Shown here one piece after another: positions 56,368 through 60,677 of a stretch of DNA of 60,677 nucleotides. The notes under the pieces are model-generated. The model was not told the origin of the DNA, ran no database searches, and was given only the letters and a program-made list of their open reading frames with translations. The stretch comes from an uncultured euryarchaeote (GTDB lineage Archaea; Thermoplasmatota; Poseidoniia; Poseidoniales; Poseidoniaceae), in the NCBI GenBank assembly GCA_963991835.1, contig CAXDRT010000001.1, positions 1 through 60,677 of the forward strand, written 5' to 3'. The position numbers were made by a program, and so were the translations under genes. The stretch's first letter is position 1, and the number at the start of each line of letters is the position of its first letter.

Positions 56368-57800
56368 GTCAGATAGATTGTCAAGCCAATACCTGCCATG
56401 ATCATCATCCATGAGCCAACAAGTTTGATCATTCCAGTCATTCTTCGTAGGAAATTAATCATTACTTGACGGCCGAGACCAACAAGTACTGTAACGAGAA
56501 TCATCAAAATCAATAAACCAATCATCAATCCACTGAGGCCAGATATAACTGCGGATGTGCCAAGAGTGCCAAGGAAAATCACGAATGGAAGAACTGCAGC
56601 AGCAGTGCAATCGATGGATGCAGCAGCATAACCAATACCGTAGAGGTACATGTTTCTACGAGGCGTGAAGGTTTCATCCATTTCTGTCGTTGACCATCTA
56701 TCAACCAGTTTTTGAACGAATCCAAGTAAATGGGAAGTGATACCAAGGAGCATAATTGTGCCTAAAATCACAAGAAGTAATGCAATCCCAATAGCAATGA
56801 TATGGATTAAACCAGACTTGGCAAATGCTTCACCCATTGCAAATGCAAGGATTCCAATGAGGATAAAGAACGTCCACATTCCCAATCCTGCAAGTGTACC
56901 AATAACCCATGAAGATGGCATTTTAGTTTTCAGTTTCCCCTCTTCAATCAGTTCATCCTCTCGAGCACCGAGACTGAGATAATACGAAATGAACCCTGGT
57001 AAAACAGGGAATGCACATGGTGAGAAGTAAACCAGAATGGACAGAATCATTCCAAGTACAAAGACTGCAACAAAGGATGTTGAGGGTTCTTCCCAAGCAA
57101 TTCTGTCGGACATTGTAACCGAAACATTTCCAGTCAATGCAGATTCAAGTGATGAATCGAATTCACCCCATCCTCCGACAGGAGTACCTGTTGTCTGTTT
57201 CTCAATAATGTAACCTTCAACATCAATAATCATAACGACTGGGATTTGTCCAGCACCAGCTGTTGTGAACAGTCGAACAGGATCTGCAGTACTCCCATCC
57301 TCAAGAGTTGCAGCCTGTTCAGAGCCAAGACCTGTAGGATACAATGGAACAGTATATTCTCCGCCGGGAGTGTTCAGATAGTCAACCGTTTCAATATACC
57401 AAGAGCCATAACCCAGAATGTGTAATCCAACACCATTCTCTTCAGCTAATGCCTCCCATGCATCCATGTTTTCCTCAATGTGTTCCTGGACATAATGACA
57501 ATTTGAGCAATCGTGAGCCATCATGTCAAAAATAATCACATCACCACGGAGAGAGGACGTACTAATCTGACCGTTTCCATCAGCGATCTCGGATTCAATT
57601 CCAGACCGATTAAGAGAATCCATCAGAATATCTGGAATTGGAGCAGGATCGGCATCGGATTCGAAAATATCATCAATACTATCGAATAATGTCAATCCTG
57701 CAAATGCGATTGTGCCGAACATAATCACGGCTATACCGAAAGCCTTCCACGTTTCGGAACGCTTGAAAACGTCCCAATCGGCTTGGCCAAGTAGCCCCAT
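56334..57800 (-). CDS. thiol:disulfide interchange protein, thioredoxin-like ectodomain fused to CcdA/DsbD-type membrane domain
   Basis: 488 aa with an N-terminal TM. The CxxC motif is in MAHDCSNCHY (nt ~57498-57515). The CcdA-type motifs FSPCAFPVLPGF and SIDCTAAAVLPF lie in the TM domain. The 3' end overlaps thiQ convergently by 34 nt. Confidence 0.75.
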   Translation of the reverse strand: MGLLGQADWDVFKRSETWKAFGIAVIMFGTIAFAGLTLFDSIDDIFESDADPAPIPDILMDSLNRSGIESEIADGNGQISTSSLRGDVIIFDMMAHDCSNCHYVQEHIEENMDAWEALAEENGVGLHILGYGSWYIETVDYLNTPGGEYTVPLYPTGLGSEQAATLEDGSTADPVRLFTTAGAGQIPVVMIIDVEGYIIEKQTTGTPVGGWGEFDSSLESALTGNVSVTMSDRIAWEEPSTSFVAVFVLGMILSILVYFSPCAFPVLPGFISYYLSLGAREDELIEEGKLKTKMPSSWVIGTLAGLGMWTFFILIGILAFAMGEAFAKSGLIHIIAIGIALLLVILGTIMLLGITSHLLGFVQKLVDRWSTTEMDETFTPRRNMYLYGIGYAAASIDCTAAAVLPFVIFLGTLGTSAVISGLSGLMIGLLILMILVTVLVGLGRQVMINFLRRMTGMIKLVGSWMMIMAGIGLTIYLTQPEVVSSVFA

Positions 57801-57843
57801 ACCTCACCCACTTGATGATTGCAAATGAAACTAATGTACAAAA

Positions 57844-59130
57844 TCATTCAACATAAATTGCGTTTGATTCATAGATGAGACGACTTTCATCGGGGTTATA
57901 GATTCGTACTTGCACCTCACAAGACCCAGCGCATAAGTCGTCTGATCCTTCACTGATTGTGACATCTTCGCCAAATGCCCACATGCCATCATCGTTATCG
58001 GAAACTGCACATCCCGTATCTGAGGCTTGATCCGGGTTCGTGCAGGTAAAGTAAGCGCCAGCATCCACGGACATCTGAATTATGACGTCCGACCAACTCA
58101 GATCATTTCCTTGTTCCATGGAAACGTAAACAAGTGAATCACCTGCAGATGAAGTAGGCACTCCAGACGCATCGGAAAAATTGAAACTGTAAATGATCAA
58201 ACCACCGTCAGTACTACTTTCAGCGAGAGACCCCACCCAAATATACATCCAATCCATGAGTATTGATTCAAAATCACCACAGTCCGCAGAGGAGAGGCTC
58301 GATGCTGCACTTGCAGCATAATTTTGATCAAAAATAGTGAACATGTCGGTAATGAGGGAAGGGTACGTGCTGAAATCTTCTGGATCGAAGTCCTCAAGTT
58401 CTTCCTCTGATACATTCTCCATTGCGCTCATTGCCTGATAGAATGTGAACATGGTCTCAGAGGGACCCATTGACATACAGTAGGTTTCTTCATCATCCAA
58501 TGTGCCTTCTGGGTAGATGATTGTCCCATAACCATCTGCAGAAAGGTAGGCTCGAAGTTCCATTGTTTCTGATTCAACGGAATCAGCTGCATCCTCGGCC
58601 TCATCCTCTCCACCGGAACAATCGTCCTCACCATCGTTGACCCAATCTGCAGGAATTTCTTCCCCATCATCACATACAAAGTCGCCTATGTATGATTCCT
58701 CTGTAGCGATCATTTCGATGTAAGGAGTGCCTGCGTGGGATTTTAATGTGAAATTGAAGGATATGTCGTCCTCTTCTTCAGCAGGTACCTGAACGTAGAG
58801 ACAGTTGTTTACGACCACAAGTGTTGCATCTGAACCATACACATCTTCGAAGTACCCATCCGAATTCAATTCTGCCATCTCGCTGTTTGCTTCTTCTTCC
58901 GTATCGAAACAATCATCGATTTGAAGGGAGTAAACGACAAATGTATCATCATCGTTCATGTCCACATACAGTCCAAATCCAGCAGACATGTAGATGCCAT
59001 CTAAATCTTGATTTGTATATGTTGTCGCTTCTGTCGAGTCATCCAATAATTCTGTACATCCAGCAAGCATCATTGTGCAGGCAAGGAGAATGGCAATCTT
59101 CTTCATGGCGATTCTTCTATTCGCAATCAT
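57844..59130 (-). CDS. highly acidic, Cys-containing secreted lipoprotein with LDL-receptor class A-like Ca-binding motif
   Basis: 428 aa. The lipobox is ILLACTMMLAGC. The protein is D/E-rich. The motif FVCDDGEEIPADWVNDGEDDCSGGEDE lies at nt ~58600-58680. Confidence 0.55.
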   Translation of the reverse strand: MIANRRIAMKKIAILLACTMMLAGCTELLDDSTEATTYTNQDLDGIYMSAGFGLYVDMNDDDTFVVYSLQIDDCFDTEEEANSEMAELNSDGYFEDVYGSDATLVVVNNCLYVQVPAEEEDDISFNFTLKSHAGTPYIEMIATEESYIGDFVCDDGEEIPADWVNDGEDDCSGGEDEAEDAADSVESETMELRAYLSADGYGTIIYPEGTLDDEETYCMSMGPSETMFTFYQAMSAMENVSEEELEDFDPEDFSTYPSLITDMFTIFDQNYAASAASSLSSADCGDFESILMDWMYIWVGSLAESSTDGGLIIYSFNFSDASGVPTSSAGDSLVYVSMEQGNDLSWSDVIIQMSVDAGAYFTCTNPDQASDTGCAVSDNDDGMWAFGEDVTISEGSDDLCAGSCEVQVRIYNPDESRLIYESNAIYVE

Positions 59131-59145
59131 ATAGTTGTTCCTAAA

Positions 59146-60231
59146 TCAACGATGCTCATTCAAATGAACAACCGAAACCTCAAGACGTTCATGAGTAGGA
59201 TGAACTTCAACCATAAGGACAGGAACTGAAAGCAGATCCGAAAGTTCTTCTGCAACACTCACTGGCATCTCGATGCGTTGTGTTTGAGCATCATAACGAA
59301 GCCATGCAGAATCAATTGCAAGGGTTTCTCGTAGTTCTTCTACATCATCCCGAGCATCTGATGGTTCTGTTGGAATTGCACCAAACAGAATCGTATCATC
59401 TTCAGACAATTGCTCATAGGGCCGAAGTGTGGCCTTACCTCGTCGACGGAAACGTGCCCTTAGTTGCCCAGCATCTTTGTATGAAGCAGTACAGAATTTG
59501 AGATGGTAGGGTTTGTCTTTTGATGCCTCTTTCAAACGGAGACCAAGTTCAAGAGAACCTTCTGCTGCAGCAGATAGTCCACTCGAAAGATTAAATCCAC
59601 GCACATCCATGTTCTCTTGATTTCCAGTTGTAATCTCAAGTTCATTGAGATTAATGAACTGGATTGGTAGTTCAGCGAGTTGATCTAGAAGAGAAAACAT
59701 CGAGGCTTCCTTATCAGGCTCACATGGCAATTCGATTCCAACATTGATACCTGCTTGATGTGCCGAGCGAATGACATCTTCGTAAAGGCGAGTTGTTCCA
59801 TCAAGTAAGTGGAAACGAAGTTCATCCAAACCAGCCTCAGCAAGTTTACCAACCCACTCATCCTTGAATGGAATTGACGTGTAGAGGTGAATATGATGTT
59901 CAGAGCCAAAGGCCTTTTTGAGTTCAGCAACTGCTTCTACTGAGCGGCGTGGATCAAGCATTGGATCGCCTCCAGTGATACCAGTCCCGGTTGCCTTCAT
60001 GGCTTTGGCTTCTTCAATAACCTCCTCCCAAGTACTGCATCGACGTTCGTTAGCAAACATATCAGGAGACTCTCTGCGATTTTCAGAAAGTGGACAATAA
60101 TCGCAACCCCAATGACATTTACCAGTTACAAAAAGGACGAGCTTACGCCCTTGCTGGCATTGTATGCAACCTTCTGCTTCACCTTCTTCAGCAGGTAAAA
60201 CCTCTGAAATCATGGGAAGTTGAACGACCAT
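59146..60231 (-). CDS. radical SAM protein (COG2108-like, PFL-activase related)
   Basis: 361 aa. The CxxxCxxC cluster is in LFVTGKCHWGCDYCPLSENRR, preceded by CIQC. No accessory domain recognised. Confidence 0.85.
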   Translation of the reverse strand: MVVQLPMISEVLPAEEGEAEGCIQCQQGRKLVLFVTGKCHWGCDYCPLSENRRESPDMFANERRCSTWEEVIEEAKAMKATGTGITGGDPMLDPRRSVEAVAELKKAFGSEHHIHLYTSIPFKDEWVGKLAEAGLDELRFHLLDGTTRLYEDVIRSAHQAGINVGIELPCEPDKEASMFSLLDQLAELPIQFINLNELEITTGNQENMDVRGFNLSSGLSAAAEGSLELGLRLKEASKDKPYHLKFCTASYKDAGQLRARFRRRGKATLRPYEQLSEDDTILFGAIPTEPSDARDDVEELRETLAIDSAWLRYDAQTQRIEMPVSVAEELSDLLSVPVLMVEVHPTHERLEVSVVHLNEHR

Positions 60232-60272
60232 GTGTTATCCTCCAAGCCTCTTATTGTTCAATACGTCGGTCG

Positions 60273-60677
60273 TTAATTCACTATTTGTTGCAAAAGCCAA
60301 GTGTGGAAGCGCCGATCACCGGTAAGTTCTGGATGGAAGGTTACAGCACATTTTGAACCGTCAATAACACCAACGATCTCATCACCAAATCGAGCGACGA
60401 TATCGCAAGTTACCGATTCGGATTCGAACCGAGGCGCTCGGATAAACACACCGGGGAACAATGCAGAGCCATCATTATCGCTTTGACCATCCACTGCTAA
60501 AGGCGTGTGCCCAAATTCATCCGCAGTTCGAGCCACCTTCACATTTGATGACTCATGAAGAGGTAAATCGACGACTACTGCTGCTTCGAAGGATTGGCGT
60601 TGACGACCCCATGCATTTCGTGAAATTCCTGCTTGAATGAATGGTGAGCGGTCACCGTCAGGCATAGCCAATAGAAT
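60273..60677 (-). CDS. pdxT: pyridoxal 5'-phosphate synthase glutaminase subunit PdxT, C-terminal part (N-terminus outside window)
   Basis: The frame stays open to the window edge. The motifs SRNAWGRQ, GVFIRAP and VTFHPELTGDRRFHTWLL match the conserved C-terminal half of PdxT. Confidence 0.85.
   Translation of the reverse strand: MLLAMPDGDRSPFIQAGISRNAWGRQRQSFEAAVVVDLPLHESSNVKVARTADEFGHTPLAVDGQSDNDGSALFPGVFIRAPRFESESVTCDIVARFGDEIVGVIDGSKCAVTFHPELTGDRRFHTWLLQQIVN

Overview
This is a densely packed archaeal chromosomal segment with no rRNA, CRISPR array, transposase or integrase. The archaeal assignment rests on an AglB/STT3 oligosaccharyltransferase, CDP-archaeol synthase, a stand-alone GMP synthase B subunit, a PGF-CTERM-like sorting signal and the tRNA features. 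The giant fasciclin, lamin-tail, thrombospondin-type-3 and beta-helix surface proteins resemble planktonic marine Euryarchaeota (Marine Group II-like), but lineage is inference only. I call 38 protein-coding genes (2 truncated at the window edges) and 2 tRNAs (Met-CAT, Asn-GTT). Eleven genes, about 32 of 60.7 kb, encode secreted or membrane-anchored envelope proteins. They are interleaved with core metabolism: purD, carS, purE, guaA-B, gcvT-gcvPA-gcvPB, deoA, pdxT and a thiamine-type ABC importer. Main points of interest: (1) A 3,194-aa AglB keeps every STT3 catalytic motif. It is extended by a ~365-aa polytopic N-terminal module and a ~1,750-aa sequon-rich beta-sandwich ectodomain ending in a second membrane anchor. 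(2) A tight co-directional cluster (32414-43648) runs surface repeat protein, DUF112/TctA-like permease, 6x lamin-tail-domain + PLD (2x HKD) surface enzyme, BI-1, 2OG oxygenase and thymidine phosphorylase. I interpret it as a candidate extracellular-DNA capture and pyrimidine salvage system. (3) A W-rich, WW-like motif recurs on the predicted cytoplasmic tails of several otherwise unrelated surface proteins. (4) There is an 8x FAS1 tandem array. (5) A single PGF-CTERM-like protein is present. (6) A wHTH-STAND-TPR regulator lies 7 nt behind a giant adhesin gene. (7) A ThiR-like HTH+ThiN regulator overlaps a thiBPQ-like operon. All domain calls come from motifs read by eye, and no database search was possible.
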